Shown here: in pieces, positions 9,465 through 19,617 of the stretch
How the letters are laid out: every line of letters starts with the position of its first letter
Position numbering within the stretch: the stretch's first letter is position 1
NCBI GenBank assembly: GCA_018371275.1
Contig: JAHALF010000003.1
Span: 97,455 to 161,454 of the forward strand
Length of the DNA stretch: 64,000 bases
Origin: Clostridiales bacterium
GTDB lineage: Bacteria; Bacillota; Clostridia; Lachnospirales; CAG-274
Direction of reading: 5' to 3'
Program-made: the position numbers and the translations under genes
The notes under the pieces: generated by a model
What the model was told of the DNA's origin: nothing
Databases searched by the model: none
Seen by the model: only the letters and a program-made list of their open reading frames with translations

Positions 9465-10790
9465 TTATATGTTTTTAGTATGCCATTTTTTAGAAAATAT
9501 TCTTGAAAAATAGAATGTAGATCTAAATATCCAGTCAATATACATACCAACCCATATACCATATATACCATAATTAAAATATACACCTAAGAGCCAAGAA
9601 AAGAATATTCTAAATATAAAAAGGCTTGTTACAGATATATTCATAGTAAATTTTGCATCACCAGTTGCTCTTAAGGCACTAGGTGTCATAAAAGATGTTG
9701 CCCAAAAGATAGGGCTTAATATTAAGAAACTATTTATAAGATTATGTGAATATTCTAGTACTTGGGGGTCATTTGTATATAATAAATATATTTTGCCACA
9801 AAATATGTAAAATATAACATTCATTATAAGTTGGGATATGTTTGCACATAAAGTTTGACTAAGCATAACTTTTTTTGTTTTTTGCATATCACCACTACCA
9901 TAAGCATTACCAGTAGAAGGTACGCAAGTAACCTGAAATGTTTTACCTGGTAATTGTATAAAGTTTGATATCGAGTTACATATAGTATTAGCAGATAATG
10001 CTGCTGTACCCATACCAGACATAAATACTTGAACTAAAAGTTTTCCACCATTAAATATAATACCATCAATAGAATTTGGGATAGCAATATCTAAAACAGG
10101 CTTTAATATGTTAAAATTAATTTTTATAGTAGGTTTAGGCATTTTTAATATACGAGGTTTAAAGTAAACAAAAAATTGTAGTATTGAGCTTGAAATAAGA
10201 CGAGATGCCAAAAGCCCATAACCAACGCTACTTATACCAAGCTTTAATACTTTTATACAAAATATAGTTATTATTACATAAAAAATATTGGATAAAAATG
10301 CACCTATAAGAGGGCTTAAATTATCTCCAGTTGCACGTCTTATACCAGTAAAAACATTAAATAATGTTAAAAAAGGTAAAGATATAGAGGTAAAAAATAA
10401 GTATATACTGGCAGAATCTAAAACTGCTTGTTCTGCCTTGCCAAATAGTATATTTAAAAGAGGGACTCTAAATATTATAAGAAAAATACTTATAATAATA
10501 GACGCATATATAGATATGGTAATAGAATGATTAGCACATTCTTGTGCCTTTTTTATATCACCTTTACCTACACATTGAGAAACTATTGCTGTAATACCTG
10601 TTGCTATACAAGTTAAAATATTCATAAATACAAAGTTTATTTGATCTACCATACCAATACCAGCACTAACTGCTGTACCAAGCCCACTAACTAGCATTGT
10701 GCCAAGCATAGTAGAAACAGTAGAAAGAGTTTGCTCTAGCATAACAGGTAAATATAAGTTTACAAAGCGATAAGCCCGCAAGCTTTTCAT
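9465..10790 (-). CDS. MATE family efflux transporter
   Basis: 12 predicted TM helices; MatE-like composition; 441 aa. Confidence 0.7.
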   Translation of the reverse strand: MKSLRAYRFVNLYLPVMLEQTLSTVSTMLGTMLVSGLGTAVSAGIGMVDQINFVFMNILTCIATGITAIVSQCVGKGDIKKAQECANHSITISIYASIIISIFLIIFRVPLLNILFGKAEQAVLDSASIYLFFTSISLPFLTLFNVFTGIRRATGDNLSPLIGAFLSNIFYVIITIFCIKVLKLGISSVGYGLLASRLISSSILQFFVYFKPRILKMPKPTIKINFNILKPVLDIAIPNSIDGIIFNGGKLLVQVFMSGMGTAALSANTICNSISNFIQLPGKTFQVTCVPSTGNAYGSGDMQKTKKVMLSQTLCANISQLIMNVIFYIFCGKIYLLYTNDPQVLEYSHNLINSFLILSPIFWATSFMTPSALRATGDAKFTMNISVTSLFIFRIFFSWLLGVYFNYGIYGIWVGMYIDWIFRSTFYFSRIFSKKWHTKNI

Positions 10791-10824
10791 AAAAATTGCC
10801 CCCTAAAAATTTTGTTTATAAAAA

Positions 10825-12483
10825 TCAAGGTTTAAAAGAACTTTTTAAAGACACTATTCTATTAAACACAAGGTTATCTTTTTCAAAATGCTTACTATCT
10901 GCTACAAAATATCCATTTCTAATAAATTGAAATCTATCCATTTTATTAGCAGAAAGTATAGATGGTTCTATATAAGCATTATTTAAAACGATTAAAGAGT
11001 TTTTATTTTCTATAAGCTCTTTTTCATTATCTAAAGATGGAACAACAAGGCTATCATATAAGTTTATAGTAGCTTTAACAGCGTGTTTTGCAGATACCCA
11101 ATGTATTGTTCCTTTTACTTTACGTCCTGTAAAACCAGAACCACTTTTAGTTTCTGGATCATAAGTGCATCTAAGCTCAACAATGTTGCCATTTTCATCT
11201 TTTATAACTTCATTGCACATTATAAAATATGCACCTTTTAGCCTAACTTCTTTACCTACTGAAAGGCGAAAAAACTTTTTAGGAGCATCTTCTAAAAAAT
11301 CATCTCTTTCTATATAAAGCTCACGAGAAAACATAACTTCTCTATTTCCTAGGTCTTCGTTTTCTGGATTATTCTCAATAGTTAAGGGTTCTTCCATATC
11401 TTCTGGATAGTTTGTTATAACAACTTTTATAGGGTCTAACACTGCCATAACAACATTTACTTTAGCTTTTAAATCTTCTCTTATACAGTATTCTAACTGA
11501 GCTGTATCTACAACGCTAGATGCTTTAGACACACCTACCATTTGACAAAAGTTTTTTATAGATTCTGGAGTGTAGCCTCTTCTTCTTATACCAGATAAAG
11601 TAACAAGACGTGGGTCGTCCCAACCATCTACTTTTCCTTCTTCTACTAATTGTCTTAAATATCTTTTTCCCATAACAGTATTAGATAAATTAAGCTTTGC
11701 AAACTCTATTTGCCTTGGTTTAATTTTAAAATCTAGCTGGTTTATAAACCAATCGTATAAAGGACGATGGTCTTCAAATTCCATTGTACAAATAGAATGA
11801 GTTATTTCTTCAAAGGCATCTTCTAAAGGGTGGGCAAAGTCATACATAGGATATATACACCAATCATTACCAGTTTTATGGTGTGGTATATGAGCTATTC
11901 TATATATAACAGGGTCTCTCATATTTATATTAGGAGATGACATATCTATTTTTGCTCTTAAAGTTTTTTCGCCATCTTTAAATTCACCTTTTTTCATACG
12001 ACTAAAAAGGTCTAAATTTTCTTCAATAGAACGGTTTCTATAAGGACTTTCTTCTCCTGGTGTATTTAAAGAACCTCTTTTTTCTCTAATTTCTTCTGGT
12101 GTTAAATCGCATACAAAAGCTTTGCCTTTTTTTATAAGCTCTACTGCACATTGGTACATTTTTTCGAAATAACTAGAGGCAAAATAAAGTCTATCTTCCC
12201 AGTCAAATCCAAGCCATTTTATATCTTCTTTTATAGAACGAACAAATTCATCATCTTCTTTAGCTGGATTTGTATCATCAAAGCGAAGGTTGCATTTTCC
12301 ACCATAATAGTCTGCAAGCCCAAAGTTTAAACAAATGCTTTTGGCGTGTCCTATATGAAGATATCCATTAGGCTCCGGTGGAAACCTAGTGTGTATTTTG
12401 TTAAGATTTCCTTCAAGGTCTTTTTGTATATAATTATGTATAAAATTACCTGTTTGAGATAGATTGTTATTTTCATTTTCCAT
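10825..12483 (-). CDS. glnS: Glutaminyl-tRNA synthetase
   Basis: HIGH motif ([14 protein letters not shown]) and class-I GlnRS body. I place the start at the ATG at 12483 (AGGAGGAG RBS) rather than the longer track ORF. Confidence 0.85.
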   Translation of the reverse strand: MENENNNLSQTGNFIHNYIQKDLEGNLNKIHTRFPPEPNGYLHIGHAKSICLNFGLADYYGGKCNLRFDDTNPAKEDDEFVRSIKEDIKWLGFDWEDRLYFASSYFEKMYQCAVELIKKGKAFVCDLTPEEIREKRGSLNTPGEESPYRNRSIEENLDLFSRMKKGEFKDGEKTLRAKIDMSSPNINMRDPVIYRIAHIPHHKTGNDWCIYPMYDFAHPLEDAFEEITHSICTMEFEDHRPLYDWFINQLDFKIKPRQIEFAKLNLSNTVMGKRYLRQLVEEGKVDGWDDPRLVTLSGIRRRGYTPESIKNFCQMVGVSKASSVVDTAQLEYCIREDLKAKVNVVMAVLDPIKVVITNYPEDMEEPLTIENNPENEDLGNREVMFSRELYIERDDFLEDAPKKFFRLSVGKEVRLKGAYFIMCNEVIKDENGNIVELRCTYDPETKSGSGFTGRKVKGTIHWVSAKHAVKATINLYDSLVVPSLDNEKELIENKNSLIVLNNAYIEPSILSANKMDRFQFIRNGYFVADSKHFEKDNLVFNRIVSLKSSFKP

Positions 12484-12502
12484 AATAAAAACTCCTCCTA
12501 AG

Positions 12503-12745
12503 TTAAAAAGATTTACTTTCAAAATCATAATAGTAAAAAACTTTTTTACAATGTTTACATATACCAAATTTCATAATTTTATCATTATCTTCATTTGATA
12601 ACTTAAAATCTAAATTTACTTTTATATTATCACCAGTTTTTTTACAAATATGATTTTCAAAATAATAATTTTTGCTTTTTTCAAAGCTATCAGCATTTAA
12701 TATAATGTCTTTTAGAGTGTCTAAAAGTTCCATATTTTCCTCCAA
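12503..12745 (-). CDS. Small Cys/His-containing hypothetical protein (80 aa), co-directional with glnS
   Basis: GGAGGA RBS 4 nt upstream of the ATG. HICKK...GICKHCKK suggests a metal-binding knuckle. Ends 17 nt before the glnS start. Confidence 0.4.
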   Translation of the reverse strand: MEENMELLDTLKDIILNADSFEKSKNYYFENHICKKTGDNIKVNLDFKLSNEDNDKIMKFGICKHCKKVFYYYDFESKSF

Positions 12746-12853
12746 ATTATATACTAACTATTAATTTATTATTATATTATAAAGACTTAAAAAGGTCAAA
12801 TTTTTTTGAAAAATAAAATATTAAAAATTTTTTAAAAAATTTTAAAAAAAGTG

Positions 12854-12882
12854 TTGACATATTTAAAGTTATAATATATAAT
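12854..12882 (+). promoter_or_regulatory. Consensus sigma-A promoter (TTGACA-17-TATAAT) for the tRNA pair
   Basis: TTGACA 12854-12859 and TATAAT 12877-12882, about 20 nt upstream of tRNA-Phe. Confidence 0.7.
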
Positions 12883-12901
12883 TAATTTTGTTGTTAAACA
12901 A

Positions 12902-12974
<73 letters not shown>

Positions 12975-12981
12975 TAGCTAT

Positions 12982-13054
12982 GGGTCACTAGCTCAGTTGG
13001 TAGAGCACTGGACTTTTAATCCAGGTGTCCCGGGTTCGAACCCCGGGTGACTCA
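12982..13054 (+). tRNA. tRNA-Lys (UUU)
   Basis: Acceptor gggtcac/gtgactc, anticodon loop cuUUUaa, T-loop GGTTCGAACCC. Confidence 0.9.
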
Positions 13055-13064
13055 TTAAAAAGGG

Positions 13065-13094
13065 GTGTACGCTGTGTGCGTATGCTTTTTTTTG
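13065..13094 (+). terminator. Rho-independent terminator after the tRNA pair
   Basis: GC-rich hairpin ggtgtacgc tgtgt gcgtatgc followed by T8. Confidence 0.7.
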
Positions 13095-13276
13095 TATATA
13101 ATTAATTTTTTAATATTTATAGATATATTTTTTACTTTATGTTAAAATTATTTATATTGGATATAACTATAATATGAAATTTATTTTATATAATGTATAA
13201 TTCATATTATTTTATAAATATTTTTTATACCATATATAGCTAAAAATATAGCTAAAAATTTTTTAAGGAGAATGAT

Positions 13277-15913
13277 ATGGAAAAATTAATGCTTATTGAT
13301 GGACATAGTATAATGAATAGAGCTTTTTATGCAATACCTCTTTTAACAAATAAAGATGGTCAACATACAAACGCTATATATGGCTTTTTAAACATTTTAT
13401 TTAAGCTTATAGAAGAAGAACAACCTACATATATAGGGGTTAGCTTTGATTTACCTAAGCCTACATTTAGACATTTAAAATATAGTGATTATAAGGGAAA
13501 TAGAAAAAAAACTCCAGAGGAATTAAGAAGTCAAATACCTTTAATTAAAGATGTATTAAAAGCTATGAATGTTGTTATATATGAAAAAGAAGGGTATGAG
13601 GCAGATGATGTTTTAGCAACAGTTGCTAAAAAAGCAGAAAGTATAGGTATAAGCCCTATAATTGTAAGTGGTGATAGAGATTTATTACAAGTTGCCACAG
13701 ATAACATAAAAATAAAAATGCCTAAAACAAAAGCAGGTAAAACAGAGATAGAAGACTATTTTGCAAAGGATGTTATAGAAAAATATAGTGTTACACCACA
13801 AGAGTTTATAGAGGTTAAAGCTCTTATGGGGGATACATCAGATAATGTACCAGGTGTTCCTTCTATTGGTGAAAAAACAGCTATAAAAATTATTAGTGAG
13901 TATAAAACAGTTGAAAATGCTATACAAAATGCATCTAATATTAAACCTAAAAAAGCAGGGGAAAATATTTTAGAATATAAAGAGCAAGCTTTACTTAGTA
14001 AGTATTTAGTTAAAATAGATACAGATGTACCTATAGAATTTTTAAATGAAAAAACAGAAAATATATTTAATGAAAATTTCTTTGAACAATGTAAAAAGTA
14101 TGAATTAAAAACTATATTATCAAAATTTAAAGAACCTACAAAAGAAGAAAATATAGGCTTTAAACTTATAGAAAATATAGAACAAGCTAGATCATATTTT
14201 AATAACCTTAAAAAAGATGAAGAAATATCTTATAAAATGATATATGATGACAATATTTTTGTAGGAATAGGATTTACAACAAAAGATGATGTTGGTACTT
14301 TTATAAAAGTAGGTTATAATATAAAAGAACAAGAAATATTAAATATATATAAGCCATTTTTTGAAGAAGACTATAAAAAAATAACTATAGATGCTAAAGC
14401 AGATATTATATTTTTAAATAAACATAATATAAAGTTAAATAATTTAATATTTGATGTTATGATAGGAACATATATTTTAGATCCTACAAAAGATAAATAT
14501 AACTATAATAATATTGCAGAAGAAATATTAGACATAAATTATGAAGATAAAGATGAATTATTAGGCACTAGAAAATCTAAAAAATTTATTTATGATATAG
14601 ATGAAGAAAAATGGTTTAAATATTGTGTAAGGCAAAGCTATGTAGCTTATAAATGTAAACCTATTATTAGTAAAAAAATAGAAGAAAATAATCAACAAGA
14701 GCTTTTCTATAATATAGAAATGCCTCTTATAGAAGTTTTAGCAAGTATGGAGATATATGGTATAAGGGTAAGCAAAGAAGAGCTTATACAGTATCAACAA
14801 GAGCTTGATAAAGAAATAGAAGAGCTTACAAAAGAAATACATTGGTTGGCAGGAGAAGAATTTAATATAAATTCATCTAAACAATTAGGAGAAATACTTT
14901 TTGAAAAGCTTAATTTAAAAGGTAGTAAAAAAACTACAAGAGGTTGGTCTACATCAGCAGATGTTTTAGAAAAATTATATGATAGCCACGAGATAATACC
15001 TAAAATATTAGAATATAGAACATATGCCAAGCTTAAAAGCACATATGCAGATGGGTTATTAAGTGTTTTAAATGAAGAAACAAGCAGAATATATTCTAAC
15101 TTTAACCAAACAGTAACAGCAACAGGTAGGATAAGCAGTACAGAGCCAAATTTACAAAACATACCAATAAAAATAGAGCTTGGTCATAAAGTTAGAAAAG
15201 TTTTTAAACCAGAAAAAGATTACATTTTTGTAGACGCAGATTATTCTCAAATAGAGCTTAGGGTTCTTGCACATTTATCTCAAGATGAATACCTTATACA
15301 AGCTTTTAATGATGGTCAAGACATACACAAAATAACAGCGTCTAAAGTGTTTAATAAATCTTTAGATGATGTTACGAGCTTTGAAAGAAGTGCTGCTAAG
15401 GCTATAAATTTTGGACTTATATATGGAAAACAGGCATTTTCTTTAGCACAAGATTTAGGTATAACAAAGGCTAAAGCAGAAGAATATATAAACGATTATT
15501 TTGATAAATATCCTAAAATAAAAGACTTTTTGGATAATATAGTAGAAAGTACAAAGGAAACTGGTTATACAAAAACAATGTTTAATAGAATAAGATATGT
15601 ACCAGAAATAAATTCTTCTAATTTTGTTCAAAGGGGCGTTGGACAAAGAATAGCTATGAATACACCTATACAAGGAACAGCAGCAGATATTATAAAAGTA
15701 GCTATGGTAAAAGTATATAATCGTATGAAAAAGGAAGATTTAAAGTCTAGATTAATTTTACAAGTACACGATGAGCTTTTAATAGAGGCTTATAAAGATG
15801 AAAAGGATATTATAAAGGAAATATTAAAAGATGAAATGGAAAATGCTATAAGCTTTTCTGTTAAACTTCTTATAGATATAAATGAAGGTGAAAGCTGGTA
15901 TGATACAAAATAG
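13277..15913 (+). CDS. polA: DNA polymerase I
   Basis: N-terminal 5'-3' exonuclease domain, C-terminal polymerase motifs (DYSQIELR, QVHDELL); 878 aa. Confidence 0.9.
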   Translation: MEKLMLIDGHSIMNRAFYAIPLLTNKDGQHTNAIYGFLNILFKLIEEEQPTYIGVSFDLPKPTFRHLKYSDYKGNRKKTPEELRSQIPLIKDVLKAMNVVIYEKEGYEADDVLATVAKKAESIGISPIIVSGDRDLLQVATDNIKIKMPKTKAGKTEIEDYFAKDVIEKYSVTPQEFIEVKALMGDTSDNVPGVPSIGEKTAIKIISEYKTVENAIQNASNIKPKKAGENILEYKEQALLSKYLVKIDTDVPIEFLNEKTENIFNENFFEQCKKYELKTILSKFKEPTKEENIGFKLIENIEQARSYFNNLKKDEEISYKMIYDDNIFVGIGFTTKDDVGTFIKVGYNIKEQEILNIYKPFFEEDYKKITIDAKADIIFLNKHNIKLNNLIFDVMIGTYILDPTKDKYNYNNIAEEILDINYEDKDELLGTRKSKKFIYDIDEEKWFKYCVRQSYVAYKCKPIISKKIEENNQQELFYNIEMPLIEVLASMEIYGIRVSKEELIQYQQELDKEIEELTKEIHWLAGEEFNINSSKQLGEILFEKLNLKGSKKTTRGWSTSADVLEKLYDSHEIIPKILEYRTYAKLKSTYADGLLSVLNEETSRIYSNFNQTVTATGRISSTEPNLQNIPIKIELGHKVRKVFKPEKDYIFVDADYSQIELRVLAHLSQDEYLIQAFNDGQDIHKITASKVFNKSLDDVTSFERSAAKAINFGLIYGKQAFSLAQDLGITKAKAEEYINDYFDKYPKIKDFLDNIVESTKETGYTKTMFNRIRYVPEINSSNFVQRGVGQRIAMNTPIQGTAADIIKVAMVKVYNRMKKEDLKSRLILQVHDELLIEAYKDEKDIIKEILKDEMENAISFSVKLLIDINEGESWYDTK

Positions 15914-16505
15914 CCCTATTATAATAGGATTAACAGGAGGAACAGGCTGTGGCAAATCCACAGTTTGCTCTATTTTAAAAAATTATAGTGCATATATTAT
16001 AGATGCAGATAATATATCTCATAATATTACAAAAAAAGGAACTAAAGCTTATTTTGAAATAATAGATTCTTTTGGAATAGATATCTTAGATAATAAAGAA
16101 GAAATAGATAGAAAAAGATTAGGAATCATAGTTTTTAATGATAAGGAAAAATTATCTTGTTTAGAAAATATAACACATAAATATATAATAAAAGAAATAA
16201 ATGATAGCATAAAAATAGCAAAAGATAAACAAAAATATAAATATATAGTTATAGATGCACCTCTTTTAATAGAAACAAAATTACATAAAATAGTAGATGA
16301 AGTGTGGATAGTCCATTGTTCTTTAGATACTAGAATAAAAAGGCTTATTAAAAGAGATAATTTGTCAGAAGATATATTAATGAAAAGAATAAACAACCAA
16401 ACACCTTTTGAGCAAAATAAAAAGTATGCAAATTTTATTATATTTAATGAAGATGAAACTAATCTTGAAGAAATTATAAAACAAAGATTAAAAAAGGAAG
16501 TTTGA
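15900..16505 (+). CDS. coaE: Dephospho-CoA kinase
   Basis: P-loop IIGLTGGTGCGKST. Start taken at ATG 15900 (GGTGA RBS), overlapping the polA stop, which is the conserved polA-coaE arrangement. Confidence 0.85.
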   Translation: MIQNSPIIIGLTGGTGCGKSTVCSILKNYSAYIIDADNISHNITKKGTKAYFEIIDSFGIDILDNKEEIDRKRLGIIVFNDKEKLSCLENITHKYIIKEINDSIKIAKDKQKYKYIVIDAPLLIETKLHKIVDEVWIVHCSLDTRIKRLIKRDNLSEDILMKRINNQTPFEQNKKYANFIIFNEDETNLEEIIKQRLKKEV

Positions 16506-17110
16506 TAATGTTTTATGTTTTAAATGGTAAAAAAATAATAAAAATTTTTAAAATATTAATATGTTTTATTATATTAATATTATTGGGTAGGATATTTATT
16601 AACTATATATTTCCTATAAAGTATGAAGATATAATAGAAAAATATGCTAAAAAGTATGACATTGAAAAAGAGTTAGTTTTTGCTGTTATAAATGCAGAAA
16701 GTAGATTTAATAAAGATGCTTTATCTAATAAAGGGGCAATAGGACTTATGCAAATAATGCCAGAAACTGGGGAATGGCTTTCACAAAAAATTAAAATGGA
16801 AAATTTCTCTAAAGAAATGTTATACGAACCAGAAGTTAATATAAATCTGGGGTGCTATTATTTATCATATTTAATAAAAAAATTTCAAAATGAAACATTA
16901 GCCCTTTGTGCATATAATGCAGGAAGCACTAATGTTTATAGGTGGCTTAGTAATGATAATTATTCTTTAAATGGGAATATACATACAATACCTTTTAAAG
17001 AAACAGATAAATATGTAAAAAAGATAAAAATATTTAAAAAGGGTTATAGTATATTAATAAAAATTTTTTCTAAAGATAAAATATTTTGGAGGAAATATGA
17101 AAATATATAA
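16502..17110 (+). CDS. Lytic transglycosylase (SLT domain), membrane-anchored
   Basis: AESRFNKDALSNKGAIGLMQIMPETG catalytic motif; N-terminal TM. Confidence 0.75.
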   Translation: MIMFYVLNGKKIIKIFKILICFIILILLGRIFINYIFPIKYEDIIEKYAKKYDIEKELVFAVINAESRFNKDALSNKGAIGLMQIMPETGEWLSQKIKMENFSKEMLYEPEVNINLGCYYLSYLIKKFQNETLALCAYNAGSTNVYRWLSNDNYSLNGNIHTIPFKETDKYVKKIKIFKKGYSILIKIFSKDKIFWRKYENI

Positions 17111-18689
17111 AATATTTTTTATTATTTTTGTAGTTGTTATTTTATCTGGTTGTAGTAATATTATACCAGAAAAAGCAAGTACACAATCTAATAATGTAAC
17201 AGAAGGTAACAAAGATATAAAAACTGAAGAAGTAAAAACAGAAACACCAGTTGAAGGTGGTCAACTAATATTGTCTATGCGTATGCCAAAAACATTAAAT
17301 CCGTTAGTAAATGAAGATGTAACAGTAGATAACATATTGAAACTTATTTTTGAACCGTTATTTAATATAGATAGTGATACTTTAAAGCCAGTCCCTAATA
17401 TAGCTAGTTCCTATTCTATGTCAGAAGATGGTAAGACAGTTTATATAAATATTAGAGATGATATATATTGGCACGATGGTAATAAATTAACTGCTAAAGA
17501 TGTTGTATTTTCTTTAGATACTATAAAGGCTACGCCAAATTCTTTGTATACAGGTGCTTTAAACAATGTATCATCATATAGTAACCAAGGGAATCAAGTT
17601 ATCATAAACTATAAAGAGCCTTATAGTTTTTATATATACAATTTATGTTTTCCTATTATACCTAGCCATTATTATAAAAATAGTCTAGATATAGAAAATA
17701 ATAAAAGTCTAAAACCAGTAGGTAATAGTAGTTTTAAATATTCTAGTTATAGATTAGCAAATGAGCTTATACTAGAAAAGACAACATCTTTTAAAGGAAC
17801 ACCTTATATTGACACTATAAAAGTAATAGTAACATCAGATAGTCAGACAGATTTATATGCCTTTGAAAAGAATGTAATAAATAGCTTAACTATAGATTTT
17901 TCTAACTGGGGTAACCTAAATTATAAAAGAGAAAAAATAAGCACAGGTATAACAAGTAACAACTTTGAATATTTAGGCTTTAATTTTGATAAACAAATAT
18001 TTAAAAATATAGAGCTTAGAAAGGCAATAGCTTATTCTATACCTAAAGACGAAATAATAAAAAACATATATTTAGGTAATGGGCAGAAAACTTTAACGCC
18101 TATAAACCCTAAATCATTTTTATATTATAAAGAAATGGAAAACTATGAGTACAATGTATCAAAAGCTATAGAGGCTTTAGGTAAAGCAAATCTTACAAAA
18201 GATATGACTAATTTTAATTTATTAGTTAATGAAGAAAATAAAGAAAGAGTAGAAATGGCAGAGATTATACAAAAAAGGTTATCACAAATAGGGCTTAATA
18301 TTAATATTATAAAAAAGCCTTTTGAAGAGTATAAGCTAGATTTAGAAACAGGTAATTTTGATATGTTTTTAGCAGGTATAGATTTTGGAATAATACCTAA
18401 TTTACAAAGTTTTTTAATGTCATCTGGTACAGGTGAAGGTGGTATTAATTATCAAAATTTTAAAGATTCTAAAATGGATTTTTTAGTTGGAAATATATAT
18501 AATGCTACATCTGAAGAAGCTTTTATTAAAGCATCAGCAGATATGCAACAATATTTTGCAGAACAACTGCCAGTTGTAGGTATATTTTTTAAAGATCAAA
18601 TTCTTCTTACAGATTATACTGTAAAGGGGGATAAAAAGCCTAATATTTATAACCAGTTTAATAATATAGAGAAATGGTATATAGAATAG
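17097..18689 (+). CDS. ABC transporter substrate-binding lipoprotein, family 5 (peptide/nickel type)
   Basis: Lipobox ILSGCS, then an SBP_bac_5-like body; 530 aa. No adjacent permease or ATPase genes. Confidence 0.7.
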   Translation: MKIYKIFFIIFVVVILSGCSNIIPEKASTQSNNVTEGNKDIKTEEVKTETPVEGGQLILSMRMPKTLNPLVNEDVTVDNILKLIFEPLFNIDSDTLKPVPNIASSYSMSEDGKTVYINIRDDIYWHDGNKLTAKDVVFSLDTIKATPNSLYTGALNNVSSYSNQGNQVIINYKEPYSFYIYNLCFPIIPSHYYKNSLDIENNKSLKPVGNSSFKYSSYRLANELILEKTTSFKGTPYIDTIKVIVTSDSQTDLYAFEKNVINSLTIDFSNWGNLNYKREKISTGITSNNFEYLGFNFDKQIFKNIELRKAIAYSIPKDEIIKNIYLGNGQKTLTPINPKSFLYYKEMENYEYNVSKAIEALGKANLTKDMTNFNLLVNEENKERVEMAEIIQKRLSQIGLNINIIKKPFEEYKLDLETGNFDMFLAGIDFGIIPNLQSFLMSSGTGEGGINYQNFKDSKMDFLVGNIYNATSEEAFIKASADMQQYFAEQLPVVGIFFKDQILLTDYTVKGDKKPNIYNQFNNIEKWYIE

Positions 18690-18699
18690 GAAGTGGAAA

Positions 18700-19596
18700 A
18701 TGATTAAAAAAAATTTTTTAACTGGAGAGTATGTTATTTATTCTTTAGATAGATTAAAAAGGCCACAAAGTATTAAAAAAGATATACTTATAACTCCAAT
18801 AGAGATATGTCCTTTTTGTATAGAAAATAAACATATGATATGTAATCCTATATATGCAAGCTTTAATGATGAAATAAGATTAATATATAACAAATATCCA
18901 ATAATATATGATAATCAAGAAAGTTATGGCATACATTATGTATTAATTGACACAAAAGACCATCAGAAAAATATAATAGACTATACAGATGAACATATGT
19001 TTTATTTAGTAAAATCTATAAAAGATATATTAAATATTTTATATGAAGATAAAAAACTTAAGTATGTCCAAGTTTTCAAAAATCAAGGTATAAATGCTGG
19101 TGCCTCTCAGTCTCATTCCCACTGGCAAGTATTAGGATTATCTGTACTTCCTAATAAACAAAAATATATGTTAAACGCTCTAAAAAAATATGAAAGATAT
19201 AATGGTAAGTGTTATTTTTGTAATATTAATTATAGTGATAACTTAGTATATGAAAATGATTATTTTTTAGCTTTTTGTCCTGATGATAGTTTATATTGTT
19301 ATGAAATAAATATTATATCAAAAGAACATATTACTAATATTAGAAATTTAGACGATATAATGTTAAATGAGTTAGGTATTATATTAAAAATATGTCTAAT
19401 TAAATTAAATTTGATATATAGCAATTTAGACTATAATATAGCTATATATAATGGCTTTAGGGATGAATATGAGTACCATTTTTTTATACAGATTATACCT
19501 AGAATAGGTAATTTTGGAGGATTTGAAGTTTCTACTGGTATGTTTGTAAATTCTGTTTTACCAAAAGATGCTGCAAAAAATTTACGACAAATATAG
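18700..19596 (+). CDS. Galactose-1-phosphate uridylyltransferase family (class I GalT/HIT-like) protein
   Basis: N-terminal CPFCxxNKHM zinc knuckle and SHSHWQV (HxHxQ) active-site motif; 298 aa. Confidence 0.6.
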   Translation: MIKKNFLTGEYVIYSLDRLKRPQSIKKDILITPIEICPFCIENKHMICNPIYASFNDEIRLIYNKYPIIYDNQESYGIHYVLIDTKDHQKNIIDYTDEHMFYLVKSIKDILNILYEDKKLKYVQVFKNQGINAGASQSHSHWQVLGLSVLPNKQKYMLNALKKYERYNGKCYFCNINYSDNLVYENDYFLAFCPDDSLYCYEINIISKEHITNIRNLDDIMLNELGIILKICLIKLNLIYSNLDYNIAIYNGFRDEYEYHFFIQIIPRIGNFGGFEVSTGMFVNSVLPKDAAKNLRQI

Positions 19597-19617
19597 TTTA
19601 TAGCTTGGGGGGATATT

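Noticed and set aside
10825-12567. Longer N-terminal extension of glnS ([11 protein letters not shown]…) from the ORF track
   Set aside because: The extension is hydrophobic nonsense. A canonical AGGAGGAG RBS precedes the internal ATG at 12483, which begins the conserved GlnRS N-terminus.
15882-15899. Upstream extensions of coaE (15882), the ABC ATPase (24489), ynbB (41303), dacB (54043) and yihY (55363) given by the ORF track
   Set aside because: In each case an internal ATG with a good Shine-Dalgarno sequence starts the conserved protein. The extensions overlap the preceding gene or lack an RBS.
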